Shown here in pieces: positions 8,482 through 18,861 of a stretch of 31,954 nucleotides of DNA. Origin of the DNA: a virus (Duplodnaviria; Caudoviricetes). Under the pieces are notes generated by a model. That model was not told where the DNA came from, ran no database searches, and saw only the letters and a list, made by a program, of their open reading frames with translations. The stretch is taken from IMG/VR virus record IMGVR_UViG_3300044216_003401, positions 1 through 31,954 of that record; one strand, given 5' to 3'. Position numbers and translations under genes: made by a program. Every line of letters begins with the position of its first letter. The stretch's first letter is position 1.

Positions 8482-9279
8482 ATGCCTATTCCGAAACCTA
8501 GAACTGGTGAAAAAGAACAGGATTACATGAGTAGATGTATGTCAGATCCAACAATGGTGAGTGAATATGGTAGAAATCAAAGAACGGCAGTTTGTATTGC
8601 TCAATACAGGGGGAAAAGCGATATGGAAAATGAATACGATTTTTTAGACCTTGAATGTGAATATAAAGAAATTGAAACAGATGAAGACGGATCATTTGAG
8701 GGATACGCATCAGTATTTAATAATAAAGATTTAGGTAATGATGTAATCAGAAAAGGTGCTTTTCTTAAAGCAATGCACGACAAAAAACCAAGACAAATAA
8801 AATTATTATATCAACATAAAACAGATGAACCGATTGGTGTCATTGATGACCTTAAAGAAGATAACAGAGGATTACTTGTAAAAGGTCGTCTTGCTATGAA
8901 CACACAAAGAGGTAAAGAAGTATATGAGCTTATGAAAATGGGTGCTTTAGATAGCATGAGCATTGGATATAAATTAACACCAGACGGTTATAAATATGAT
9001 GATAAAAATAAACGCAGAGTAATCAAAGAAATTAATTTAATGGAAGTGTCAATGGTTACATTTCCAATGAATCCAAAAGCTAAGATAACCAAAGTTAAAT
9101 TGGCGGATATGAACACAAGAGAACTTGAAGAATACCTACGAGATGTCGGTGTAATGTCAAGTGCTGTTGCGAAACAAACTGCAAATATACTTTACAAGTC
9201 TTATCAAGATCAAGATTTGTTAGAGCAACGAGATGTTGTTGATAGTGTAGAGCAATTAATTAATGTAATTAGAAATTAG
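8482..9279 (+). CDS. HK97-family prohead protease with an extra N-terminal mini-domain
   Basis: FEGYASVF, KLLYQH...PIG, MSIGY, LMEVSMVTFPMN. The ATG at 8482 follows GGAG. Confidence 0.95.
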   Translation: MPIPKPRTGEKEQDYMSRCMSDPTMVSEYGRNQRTAVCIAQYRGKSDMENEYDFLDLECEYKEIETDEDGSFEGYASVFNNKDLGNDVIRKGAFLKAMHDKKPRQIKLLYQHKTDEPIGVIDDLKEDNRGLLVKGRLAMNTQRGKEVYELMKMGALDSMSIGYKLTPDGYKYDDKNKRRVIKEINLMEVSMVTFPMNPKAKITKVKLADMNTRELEEYLRDVGVMSSAVAKQTANILYKSYQDQDLLEQRDVVDSVEQLINVIRN

Positions 9280-9287
9280 GAGTAATT

Positions 9288-10499
9288 ATGTCAGATGAAA
9301 TTAAGAATGTCATAGACGAACTCGGAAATTCCTTTGAAGAATTTAAAAAGGAAAATAAAAGTCGTTTAGACGAAATTGAAAAGAAAGGGCATGCTGATCC
9401 TCTTTTAGTTGAAAAAGTAGATAAAATGGCTGATGCTGTTGCTGAAAATGCAGAGTTAAAGCAAAATATCGAAATTCAAGCTAAAAATTTAGAAGAAGCT
9501 AATGCCAAACTTGAAAAACTTGAAACTGCTTTATCAAGACCAGAAAGCTCAAAAAGTGAAGATGTCAATATGCAAATGAAAGCATTTGGTAACTGGTTAA
9601 GAAAAGGCGAAGTTGATCCTGATGAGAAAAAAGCACTTTATGAATCAGACGACACATTAGGCGGATTTTATGCCCCAGCAGAATATGTTGCTGATCTTAT
9701 TAAAGGTGTAACAGAAATTTCACCAATCAGATCAATTGCAAGAGTTAGATCAACCTCTAACAGAGGAATTGAAATACCAAAAAGAACTGGTCAATTCTCT
9801 GCTTCATTTGTAAATGAAACAGCGACCAGATCGGAAACAACAGGCTACACTACTGGGCAAATGCAAATTGATGCTCATGAAATGTATGCCCTTGTTGATA
9901 TCTCACAAGCTATGCTTGAAGATTCAGCTTTCAATTTAGAGAGTGAAATGGGTACTGAATTTGCAGAACAATTTGCAAAAGCAGAAGGTACATCATTTGT
10001 TTCTGGTGATTCAATTGGTCAGCCACAAGGCTTTACAGACAGCACAGCAGGGGTTGGTTCTACAAATTCTGGTTCTGGAAGTGCTTTAACAGCAAATGGT
10101 TTATTAGATTTAGTATATGCTATTAAATCTGATTACCTTTCAAATGCTAGATTTGTAATGAACAGAGGGACATTTGGTTCTTTGTTAAAACTTGAAGACG
10201 GCGAAGGTCAAAAGATATTCCATGTTGGTATGCAATTAGTAGGTGGAGCACCAAGTACAATTCTTGGTTACCCTTATGTACTTGCAACTGATATGCCAGC
10301 AATTGCTGGAAGTGCAAAACCAATCGCATTTGGTGATTTTAACAGAGCATATACAATCGTTGATAGAGTAAGTATGTCAATACAAAGAGATCCATTTACA
10401 CAAGCGGCAAGTGGTAACATTCGTTATCTAGCTCGTAAACGTGTAGGTGGTGCAGTTGTATTAGCTGAAGCTATCCGTTTACAAAACATTTCAGCATAA
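9288..10499 (+). CDS. HK97-family major capsid protein
   Basis: Coiled-coil delta domain, GGFYAP, MLEDSAFNLE, FVSGD..GQPQG, IAFGDF, RDPF. Confidence 0.95.
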   Translation: MSDEIKNVIDELGNSFEEFKKENKSRLDEIEKKGHADPLLVEKVDKMADAVAENAELKQNIEIQAKNLEEANAKLEKLETALSRPESSKSEDVNMQMKAFGNWLRKGEVDPDEKKALYESDDTLGGFYAPAEYVADLIKGVTEISPIRSIARVRSTSNRGIEIPKRTGQFSASFVNETATRSETTGYTTGQMQIDAHEMYALVDISQAMLEDSAFNLESEMGTEFAEQFAKAEGTSFVSGDSIGQPQGFTDSTAGVGSTNSGSGSALTANGLLDLVYAIKSDYLSNARFVMNRGTFGSLLKLEDGEGQKIFHVGMQLVGGAPSTILGYPYVLATDMPAIAGSAKPIAFGDFNRAYTIVDRVSMSIQRDPFTQAASGNIRYLARKRVGGAVVLAEAIRLQNISA

Positions 10500-10509
10500 G
10501 GGGGCTAAT

Positions 10510-10941
10510 ATGAGAGATATTTCAAATCGTACAAAGGCAGTAACATGCCAAGATGCAAAAGTCTTCACTGCGGACGCAAACGGTACAACAGTTGATAGAC
10601 AGGGCTTTGAATCAGTTATGTTTGTTGTAAATTCAGGAATCGAAGGAGATACACTTTCAGGTTCAGTCAAATTTGACTTTATCCTTGAAGAATCTGCTGA
10701 TGATGCAACATTCAGCGCTGTTACAAGTTCTACATCTGTAACTGAAGGTTCAGTTGATTCTTCTGGAATCTTCTTAACTTTAGATGCCAACGGCGAAACC
10801 CCGCAAACCAGTCAAATCGGTTATATCGGTGGTAAGCGATATGTTCGTGTCAAGATTGATGCAACTGGAACCCATTCAAATGGTACACCAATAAGTGTAC
10901 AAGCAATTTTGGGTAATCCAATCGACAGTACAGACGCGTAA
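10510..10941 (+). CDS. Probable capsid decoration/cement protein
   Basis: Beta-rich 143-aa protein right after the capsid gene, with VDRQGF and GGKRYVRV motifs. Confidence 0.65.
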   Translation: MRDISNRTKAVTCQDAKVFTADANGTTVDRQGFESVMFVVNSGIEGDTLSGSVKFDFILEESADDATFSAVTSSTSVTEGSVDSSGIFLTLDANGETPQTSQIGYIGGKRYVRVKIDATGTHSNGTPISVQAILGNPIDSTDA

Positions 10942-10954
10942 TTGCGTCGACATG

Positions 10955-10997
10955 GAAGGTGTAAGAGTTGGCTCATTGTTCTTGCACCTTCTTTTTT
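10955..10997 (+). terminator. Intrinsic terminator after the capsid and decoration genes
   Basis: 13-bp stem GAAGGTGTAAGAG/TTCTTGCACCTTC followed by T6. A small hairpin at 10933-10948 precedes it. Confidence 0.8.
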
Positions 10998-11009
10998 AAG
11001 GAGTAAATT

Positions 11010-11228
11010 ATGAAAATTAAAATGGTAAAAGATACATTAGGAAGTTCAAATAAAAGTGGTAATCAGGTAAGAGTTTATAAAGCTGATGAAATATTAGATT
11101 GCACAGATCAATGGCAAAAAGATTTGGCAAATGTATTCTTACATGATGAAAGTGCCATTGAAGTAAAAATTGACGCACCTAAAGAAACCAAAAAAAAGAA
11201 AGTAGTTAAAAAGAAAACAAAAAAGTAG
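11010..11228 (+). CDS. Hypothetical protein with a Lys-rich C-terminus
   Basis: SD AAGGAG, 72 aa, at the usual position of small post-capsid proteins. Confidence 0.75.
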   Translation: MKIKMVKDTLGSSNKSGNQVRVYKADEILDCTDQWQKDLANVFLHDESAIEVKIDAPKETKKKKVVKKKTKK

Positions 11229-11234
11229 GTAATC

Positions 11235-11810
11235 ATGACAAGGTCGATTGATTCATCATTTAATACACAGATTACCAGTAATTCAATACGACCATTTTTT
11301 GCTATCAAACTCGGATATCAGTCAAGTGAATTAAGACTTTGGACTGGTTACAATGACATAAGGATTGATAATCAGGTTTACACAGGATCAGGATTATTGA
11401 TGTCTTTTTCTAATATTTCTGAATCAGCAGATACAAAGGCAACAGGATTACAATTTGTCTTATCTGGACTTAATGATTCAGTATTAAATGCATCTCTAAG
11501 CGAATTAGAGCAGAATATACCAGCTTTATTGTACTTTGGGGTACTTACTACTACATCTAATGAAACAGTAGTCGTAGATAGCCCATATAAGCTGTTTGAG
11601 GGCTTTTTAGATGTTGCTAATATAGATAACAACGGAGAACAGGTAAATATTGAATTTAGACTTGAAAATAAACTTATTATATTAGAAAAACCTAATGATA
11701 AAAGATACACCGATCAAGACCAAAAACAACTATTTCCAAATGATAAGGGACTTGAGTTTGTAACCTCTATTCAAAATAAAGCGATTGCTTGGGGTGGGGG
11801 TGGTAAATAA
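11235..11810 (+). CDS. Minor tail-tip/baseplate protein (lambda L-like position)
   Basis: LRLWTG, YTGSG, RYTDQDQ...DKGLEFV...IAWG pattern, immediately upstream of the J-like gene. Confidence 0.75.
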   Translation: MTRSIDSSFNTQITSNSIRPFFAIKLGYQSSELRLWTGYNDIRIDNQVYTGSGLLMSFSNISESADTKATGLQFVLSGLNDSVLNASLSELEQNIPALLYFGVLTTTSNETVVVDSPYKLFEGFLDVANIDNNGEQVNIEFRLENKLIILEKPNDKRYTDQDQKQLFPNDKGLEFVTSIQNKAIAWGGGGK

Positions 11811-14800
11811 TGGGATTTTTTAAATCTGTTTTTAAAAGTATCACAAATTTTGTCAAGTCAGATATTGTATCAAGGGCAATATTTGTAGCATCTGGTGGTA
11901 ACCCAGTTGTCCAAGCTATTCTTACGGTTGCTGTTATTGCTGTTGGAAGTGCCATGGCACCAAAACCAAGAACCAGAAACTCGTCTTTACAACAATTAAG
12001 TTATCAACAAGAAATAAATAATCGAGCAATCATGTTCAAACAGCCGATTATTCCAAGAGATGTAGTATACGGAGAAACAAAAAAATCTGGTGGTATTTTA
12101 TTTGTAGAAACATCAAACAATGATAAAGATTTACATTTAATCGTACAAATTGCATCTCATGAAATACAAAGTTTTGAATCTATATTTTTTAATGAAGAAG
12201 AATTAACAATCTCAAGTGTTGGTAATGATGCAAACGGAATACCAAGATACAAAGTTACATCACCAACCAAATTTGCAAAAGAATCACGGTTTACAAAAAA
12301 AGAACAAACTTTAATTGCAACAGATTATATTTCTGTTCAAGTTCCAAAAATGGCTATGGGTAGCACTTATTATGCTGATGAATACGGATTGGCAGAAGGT
12401 ATAACAACAATAAAATTAATTAATGACGCATCATTTACTATTGCGGCAAACGATAAATTAAATATTGGTGGTAGAGATTACACAGTCAATTCTGGTGGTA
12501 CTTCTTCTGTTGCAAATTCAAGACATGAATTATCAGTTACTATATCAGAGGCACTTGTTAGACAAGTAAATGCTTATTCAATAAGACAACATTCACCAAA
12601 TGGACTTGTTCATGTTGCATATTACAATACACCAAACAGAAGAACCAATGTATTACCATTTGAAAGTGGACAAACAACAGGATTACAATCTGCTGTTCAA
12701 GTGATTCATAAATTTACTGATTCGTCAGAGTTGACAGTTAGAATAAAACAACATTTGGGAACTGATACACAATTAGCAGATGCAGATTTGGTAAATGAGG
12801 TATCTGGTTGGACAAACGATCATAGATTACAAGGTATTGCATATTTATATATTAAATTAAAATATGATGCTGAAGTATTTCCAAATGGTATTCCAAACGT
12901 ATCAGCAAAAATTCGTGGAAAAAAATTACTTGATTTTAGAGATTCATCAACAGCATTCTCTAGTAATCCAGCATTGGTAATTTACGATTATTTAAGCGAT
13001 TCTCGATTTGGATTAGGTGTATCAACAGATGATATTGATACGACCTCATTTACGACTTTAGCAAATATTTGCGACGAAGATATAACATTATCTGGTGGTG
13101 GCACAGAAAATAGATATGAATGTCATGGTGTCATTTATAATGATATTGCACCAATGGAAGTATTAGACGATTTATTAAGTTCATGTGTTGGTGTTTTAAG
13201 TTACAGCAACGGAAAATTTAAATTAGCTGGTGGAAAATATGTAGCACCTTCTATAAGTTTATCCGAAGATGATTTCCGAAGTGGTATCAATATAACAACA
13301 AAACAATCTCGTAGAGATACTTTTAATACTGTAAAAGGCTTATTTACTTCTGAAACGGCTAATTTTCAACCGACTGATTATCCAATGGTTTCATCATCAA
13401 CATTCACAGATGAAGACGGAGAAACAATCTTTGCTGATGTAGATTTACCATTTACAAAATCAAGTTCAATGGCACAAAGAATTGCAAAAATAACCTTATT
13501 CAAAAATCGACAACAAATGGTTTTACGAGCTGGATTAAAATTAACAGCATTTAAACTTGAAGTTGGTGATACAGTAAATATATCACTTGATAAATTTGGT
13601 TTTACAAATAAAATATTTGAGGTTGCCGATTGGTCATTTGTTGCTAATGAAAATGATATTGGAATTGATGTTGTTCTCAAAGAAACCAGCTCAAATGTTT
13701 ACGATTGGGACGCAGAAGAATCTACCTTCAGTCAAGATAATACAACCTTGCCAACATTCCAAACAGTTTCAACACCTTCTCTTGCTGTATCAGATTTTTT
13801 GCGTGTTTCTGCTGGAACTGTAATTACAGTTATTCAAGCAGTAGTTGAATCGAATCAGGGAACATCAAACGAATTTGAAGTTCAATATAGAAATACAAAT
13901 ACAGATGATACTTTTAAATCATTAGGTAAAACTACAAATAATATCTTTGAAATTGAAAATGTTGAAGACGGAGCATTTTATGAAATAAGAGCAAAATCAA
14001 TAAATGCTTTTAATGTTTCTTCTGATTTTATTTCAGTCGATCACGAAGTAATTGGAAAGACAGCACCACCGTCAGATGTAAGTAATTTTTCTGTTAATAT
14101 TATTGATAATCAAGCTATATGTTCTTGGACAGCAGTTGATGATCTTGATATTTCTCATTATGTAATCAGACACACACCAGCAATTACAGGACAGGTATAT
14201 AGTGGTGCAGAGTTGATTGCAGATAATATTTCAAAAGCTACAAATGTTGCAAGTTTGCCAGCAAAAACTGGTACATATATGATAAAGGCAGTAGATGTGC
14301 TTGGATTGGCATCTGAAACTTCAACAAAAAAAGTTGTAATTCTAAATCAAATAAATGAAGATTTTAATGTCGTATCAACACAAACAGAAAGCACAGGTTT
14401 TGCTGGAACAAAAACAGATTGCGAAGTTGTAACCAGAGATAGTACAAATTTTCTTCAAATAATACTTGGTGAATTATTTGATGACGGTGTTGGTAACTTT
14501 GATGATAATACTGGTAACTTTGATGACGGTGGATTTACACCAAATAATCTTGATGCAATTTACGAATTCCAAAATAACCCTATTGATTTAGGCGGTATAT
14601 ATAACAGTTTTGTAACGGTTACAATGAATTCATCAAGACATGATTCTCAAACATTATTTGACAGTTTTGGTGGTGTATTTGATGATCGTGAAGGTTTATT
14701 TGACGGTAATTATACAGAATTTGATGATGTGAAGGCAGTTATTCAAATATCTACTTCTACTGATAATTCAACATATACAGATTTTCAAGATTATGTTTTA

Positions 14801-15160
14801 GGATATTACAAAGCTAGATATATAAAATTACGAGTTAAAATGGAAACAACTAACATAACTTCTACACCAGCAATTTCTCAATTGGTTGCGACTATTGATA
14901 TGCCAGATCGTACTATTGCATCTGATGATGTTGCATCTGGTACTGCATCTGGTGGAAAAGCTGTATCATTTTCTCCAGCATTTAAATCTTTAGAAGGACT
15001 TGGTATTAGTGCTGATAATTTGGCAACTGGTGATTTTTATGAAATTGTTTCTAAAAGTGAAACAGGTTTTACAATACGGTTTAAAAATAGTAGTGGATCG
15101 GTGGTCGATAGAACCTTCGGTTTTGTTGCAAAGGGATTTGGATTCCTTGAAAGCAGTTAA
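11810..15160 (+). CDS. Tail tip/host-specificity protein, lambda J-like with FnIII domains
   Basis: VVYGET, L.GIAY, G.P.VSAKIRGKK, SSNPAL.IYDYL, LEVGDTV, C-terminal FnIII-like segments. Confidence 0.9.
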   Translation: MGFFKSVFKSITNFVKSDIVSRAIFVASGGNPVVQAILTVAVIAVGSAMAPKPRTRNSSLQQLSYQQEINNRAIMFKQPIIPRDVVYGETKKSGGILFVETSNNDKDLHLIVQIASHEIQSFESIFFNEEELTISSVGNDANGIPRYKVTSPTKFAKESRFTKKEQTLIATDYISVQVPKMAMGSTYYADEYGLAEGITTIKLINDASFTIAANDKLNIGGRDYTVNSGGTSSVANSRHELSVTISEALVRQVNAYSIRQHSPNGLVHVAYYNTPNRRTNVLPFESGQTTGLQSAVQVIHKFTDSSELTVRIKQHLGTDTQLADADLVNEVSGWTNDHRLQGIAYLYIKLKYDAEVFPNGIPNVSAKIRGKKLLDFRDSSTAFSSNPALVIYDYLSDSRFGLGVSTDDIDTTSFTTLANICDEDITLSGGGTENRYECHGVIYNDIAPMEVLDDLLSSCVGVLSYSNGKFKLAGGKYVAPSISLSEDDFRSGINITTKQSRRDTFNTVKGLFTSETANFQPTDYPMVSSSTFTDEDGETIFADVDLPFTKSSSMAQRIAKITLFKNRQQMVLRAGLKLTAFKLEVGDTVNISLDKFGFTNKIFEVADWSFVANENDIGIDVVLKETSSNVYDWDAEESTFSQDNTTLPTFQTVSTPSLAVSDFLRVSAGTVITVIQAVVESNQGTSNEFEVQYRNTNTDDTFKSLGKTTNNIFEIENVEDGAFYEIRAKSINAFNVSSDFISVDHEVIGKTAPPSDVSNFSVNIIDNQAICSWTAVDDLDISHYVIRHTPAITGQVYSGAELIADNISKATNVASLPAKTGTYMIKAVDVLGLASETSTKKVVILNQINEDFNVVSTQTESTGFAGTKTDCEVVTRDSTNFLQIILGELFDDGVGNFDDNTGNFDDGGFTPNNLDAIYEFQNNPIDLGGIYNSFVTVTMNSSRHDSQTLFDSFGGVFDDREGLFDGNYTEFDDVKAVIQISTSTDNSTYTDFQDYVLGYYKARYIKLRVKMETTNITSTPAISQLVATIDMPDRTIASDDVASGTASGGKAVSFSPAFKSLEGLGISADNLATGDFYEIVSKSETGFTIRFKNSSGSVVDRTFGFVAKGFGFLESS
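14477..14532 (+). repeat. 21-bp-period intragenic repeat encoding FDDGVGN-FDDNTGN-FDDG
   Basis: TGGTAACTTTGATGA at 14491-14505 and 14512-14526. Confidence 0.7.
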
Positions 15161-15202
15161 TAACAATGCTATATTTATCCAAAATTATATGGAGTTTTTA
15201 TA

Positions 15203-16774
15203 ATGGCACAGCATGATTATTCAATAGCGAACCAAACATTTCCAAATACTCGAACTGATTTAAATAATGCTTTGTCAGCAATATCCAGTAATAACTCTGG
15301 AACATCAGCGCCGAGTACAACATTTGCGAATCAGTTTTGGTACGATACATCAAATAATAAATTTTATATCAGAAATGAAGACAATGATGCCAATATACAG
15401 CTTTTTGAATTAGATCAAACGAATGATACGGTTGAATATTTTTTAAGCGATAGTATTAGAACAGCTTTACTTGAATTTACAGACGGCACAGATGCTTTAA
15501 CAATAGCATCAGACGGAGCTTTGACAACTGCTGGAAATTTATCTATTGGTGGTTCTAATAACGAATTACGATTTTACGAAGGTGCAAACTTTGTGGGCTT
15601 TGAAGCTCCAGCATTAACAGGAGATCAAATATTTGTTTTACCAAGTGCAGACGGTACTGCAAATCAAGTTCTTCAAACCAATGGATCTGGTACTTTATCT
15701 TTTGCGTCTGTTGGTGGAGATACATTAAGACCAAATGTAAGACCTTTGATTCATAATGGAGAAATGCAAATAGCTCAATATGGTGATAAAACAGGTATTA
15801 CAGCAAACCAATATGTTTGTGATAGATTTTGTACTCAATTTGCTACTTTCGGAACGTGGTCAATAAGTCAGTCATCAGATGTACCAACAGGCAAAGGTTA
15901 TAAAAGGTCAGTAAAATTAGACTGCACTACAGCAGACACAAGTCTTGGTGCAGGAGATTTTGGATTATTTAGAACTGCTTTTGAAGGTAGAGATTTACAA
16001 CTAATAAAAAAAGGTACAAGTTCAGCAGAAAAATTAACTTTGAAATTTTACGTCAAGTCAAGTAAGACAGGCACTTATACCGTAGAATTTTTTGATGTTG
16101 ATAACTCAAGACAAATATCAAAAACTTATACTGTTGACTCTGCAAATACTTGGGAAGAAAAAATAATCAATGTACCTGCCGACACTACAGGAGCATTTGG
16201 TTATGACGCAAACGAAAGTTTTGTAATAAATTGGTGGCTTGGTTCTGGTAGTACCTATAATGGTGGCACAGTTAACACTTCTGCTTTTGCTTCTAGTACG
16301 AATGCCAATAGGGTATCAGGTTCAAATGTTAATTTAGCAGACAGCACTTCAAATGATTGGTTTCTAACAGGAGTTCAATTAGAAATTGGAGAATATACAA
16401 GTGCAACGATACCAGCATTTCAACATCAAGAATATAATGATGAATTACTAACTTGTCATAGATATTTTATTTCTGGTGGTGCTAATGAAAATGGTTTAAA
16501 CCCAACTGCTGAAGCTGCGACATCAACAGCAGTTCAACCAACGCCACAACTTAGAAGAACCATGCGAGTAGCTCCAACACTTACTGCTAATCCTGTTGGA
16601 TTTATTGCATTAATTGGTGGTTCTGGTACTACGACAACATTAAATTTTAGCAATATGGGGCAAAATGGATTTAGATATGGATTAAACCATGATACAACTT
16701 TAACCACAAAACAAAATGTTGCTATGGGTGGTTTAGGTGCAGACTTTTTTTCAGAATTTTTAGCACAATCATAG
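15203..16774 (+). CDS. Tail fibre/receptor-binding protein
   Basis: N-terminal AQHDY.IANQ...DLNNAL, LPSADG..NQVLQTNGSG.LSF fibre motif, carbohydrate-binding-like domain (LIHNG...GVQLEIG...ELLTCHRYF). Confidence 0.85.
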   Translation: MAQHDYSIANQTFPNTRTDLNNALSAISSNNSGTSAPSTTFANQFWYDTSNNKFYIRNEDNDANIQLFELDQTNDTVEYFLSDSIRTALLEFTDGTDALTIASDGALTTAGNLSIGGSNNELRFYEGANFVGFEAPALTGDQIFVLPSADGTANQVLQTNGSGTLSFASVGGDTLRPNVRPLIHNGEMQIAQYGDKTGITANQYVCDRFCTQFATFGTWSISQSSDVPTGKGYKRSVKLDCTTADTSLGAGDFGLFRTAFEGRDLQLIKKGTSSAEKLTLKFYVKSSKTGTYTVEFFDVDNSRQISKTYTVDSANTWEEKIINVPADTTGAFGYDANESFVINWWLGSGSTYNGGTVNTSAFASSTNANRVSGSNVNLADSTSNDWFLTGVQLEIGEYTSATIPAFQHQEYNDELLTCHRYFISGGANENGLNPTAEAATSTAVQPTPQLRRTMRVAPTLTANPVGFIALIGGSGTTTTLNFSNMGQNGFRYGLNHDTTLTTKQNVAMGGLGADFFSEFLAQS

Positions 16775-16783
16775 GAGAATATT

Positions 16784-16975
16784 ATGTCAATGCCAGATAC
16801 CAGAACAGTCAATTCAGCACAAAAGGTCAATGACCCAAGCACAGGTGAATATTGTTGTATTAAAGCAGTTATTAATAGCGTAGAAATGTTTGTGCCACTT
16901 GATGATAATAATATTGATAGAAAATTAATTAAAGCATGGGAAGATGCTGGTAATACTTTACAGGAAGCTGACTAA
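16784..16975 (+). CDS. Small tail-fibre-associated protein, possibly a chaperone
   Basis: 63 aa, FVPLDDNNID...W...GN motif, SD AGGAG, directly after the fibre gene. Confidence 0.7.
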   Translation: MSMPDTRTVNSAQKVNDPSTGEYCCIKAVINSVEMFVPLDDNNIDRKLIKAWEDAGNTLQEAD

Positions 16976-17652
16976 TGGCTGGTATTACAGTAACAAGTGC
17001 AGAAACAGATTACGCATTTACAATTGCAGAGGTTAAGGATTATTTAAAAATTTCTGGCAGTGATGATGATACAACATTAACAATGTTACAAATCGCCGCA
17101 CATAACTGGGCAAAAAATTTTACACAAAGAAGTATTACAACACAAACTTTAAAATTATCTATTGATGCAGTTTATCAACCAGATATTGTCATACAAGAAG
17201 GTACATATATCGGTATTGACCAAGATATAAACCGTAGATCAATTATATTGCCGCAAAGCCCAGTCGCATCAATCTCAAATGTAAAATATTATGCTGATGA
17301 TGATACTGAAACTACATTTGCTAGTAGTAAATATTATTTAGATAACGCATCTGTGCCAGCAAAATTTGTTTTACGACAAGGTGAGAATTATCCAACAGGA
17401 TTAAGAGTAGCAAATGCGTTAGAAATAACTTATGTTGCTGGATATGGTGCAACTTCTGCTGTACCAAAAGATATAAAATTAGCGTGTCTTAATTATGCCG
17501 CTTATGTGTTTGAACATAGAGGAGATGCCCTTGACGGTAAATCTGTAATGGTTCCGCCTTCTGCTGTTGCATTATTACGACCTTATGTCATTCATCAATT
17601 TAGTACACACCCATTCAGGGGAACAGGACATTTTGGGGGTTTATACGGATAA
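16975..17652 (+). CDS. Head-tail connector (HK97 gp6/phiE125 gp8-like)
   Basis: TIAEVKDYLKI...DDDT.L, RSITTQT, ITYVAGYG...VP.DIK, LLRPY. Confidence 0.9.
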   Translation: MAGITVTSAETDYAFTIAEVKDYLKISGSDDDTTLTMLQIAAHNWAKNFTQRSITTQTLKLSIDAVYQPDIVIQEGTYIGIDQDINRRSIILPQSPVASISNVKYYADDDTETTFASSKYYLDNASVPAKFVLRQGENYPTGLRVANALEITYVAGYGATSAVPKDIKLACLNYAAYVFEHRGDALDGKSVMVPPSAVALLRPYVIHQFSTHPFRGTGHFGGLYG

Positions 17653-17978
17653 TGAGTATTGGACAAATGAGAAACAGAATTGCATTACAATCCATGTCAG
17701 AATCAACTGATGAGGGGGGCGGACAGTCTACAAGTTTTAGTACAGCATCAACTGTATGGGCAAGAGTTGAAAACAATTCAGGAAATGAAGTTGTATTTGG
17801 CGATCAAATTGAGGCAAGAGCAAATTATGTTTTTAAGATTAGATATTATTCATCATTAACACCAAAATTCAGAATATCGTATAACAGTAAATTATTTAAC
17901 ATTGAACATATTGCAGATGAATTTGAAGGTAGAAGAAGATATCAAATAATTTCTGCAATTGAAGGTGTTGCAACATGA
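17652..17978 (+). CDS. Head closure/head-tail adaptor (SPP1 gp16-like)
   Basis: IGQMRNRI, DEGGG, TVWARV, IRY...RI.Y...FNI. Confidence 0.9.
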   Translation: MSIGQMRNRIALQSMSESTDEGGGQSTSFSTASTVWARVENNSGNEVVFGDQIEARANYVFKIRYYSSLTPKFRISYNSKLFNIEHIADEFEGRRRYQIISAIEGVAT

Positions 17979-18433
17979 TCAAGGTAAAATTTGTTTCTAA
18001 AATTGACACAAAGATTGGTCAAGCTATTGATATTTATGATAAAAATACACAAAGACATTTAAACAGAATTGCCAATTTTTTTAAAAATGCTATTCAACTT
18101 TCAATGAGGCAAACTCCAAGATCAATATCAACAAAATTAAAAAGAGGTGCTAAATTTCATGCACCAAGTATTGAAGGACACCCACCAGCCATTGATACAG
18201 GTCGATTGGTAAATAGTATTATGATAAACCCAGCAACATTCTCATTTGGAAAAGATAAGAATACAGCAGAAGTTTATACAAGAGTTACCTATGCCAAAAG
18301 ATTAGACGATACAAAAGCAGACGGTGGACTTGATAGACCGTTTATTACAAAACGATCAAAGGGATACAAAAGAGCAAAACAATTTGCAGATACAATCAAA
18401 CAAGATATTGCAATCAATAAGGTAAAAGTTTAA
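17975..18433 (+). CDS. Neck/tail-completion protein (HK97 gp10-like)
   Basis: PPAIDTGRLVNSI, YA..L, RPF motifs, and syntenic position. Confidence 0.85.
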   Translation: MIKVKFVSKIDTKIGQAIDIYDKNTQRHLNRIANFFKNAIQLSMRQTPRSISTKLKRGAKFHAPSIEGHPPAIDTGRLVNSIMINPATFSFGKDKNTAEVYTRVTYAKRLDDTKADGGLDRPFITKRSKGYKRAKQFADTIKQDIAINKVKV

Positions 18434-18840
18434 TGGGATATCATTCATTTGATCTACAATCAGCTATATATACATTACTTTCTGGTGATTCAACATTAGA
18501 TTCCTTAGTTGGTAATAATAGAATTTACGACAATGTACCTCAAACATCATCATATCCGTATGTCGTTATTGGTAATGAAATCGGTACAAATCAAGGTACA
18601 AAAACACTTGACGGCATTGAGTATGGAATTGACATTGATGTATGGAGCCAATATCGAGGAAAAAAAGAAATCAAAAATGTTATGGAAAGGATTTACAATT
18701 TACTTCACGATCAAGATTTAACGGTATCTGGTGCAAGTTTTGTTGTTGGTCAAGTTCGACAGGTAGCAACATTGGTAGAGGCAGACGGAATTACTAGACA
18801 TGGCATACTTTCTGTTAGTATAATCGTCTATGATTCATAA
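18433..18840 (+). CDS. Tail terminator (DUF3168-like)
   Basis: LQSAIY..L, IYDNVP...YPYVVIG, IDVWS...GKKE, DGITRHG. Confidence 0.88.
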   Translation: MGYHSFDLQSAIYTLLSGDSTLDSLVGNNRIYDNVPQTSSYPYVVIGNEIGTNQGTKTLDGIEYGIDIDVWSQYRGKKEIKNVMERIYNLLHDQDLTVSGASFVVGQVRQVATLVEADGITRHGILSVSIIVYDS

Positions 18841-18861
18841 ATTTATTTAGGAGTTTAAATT

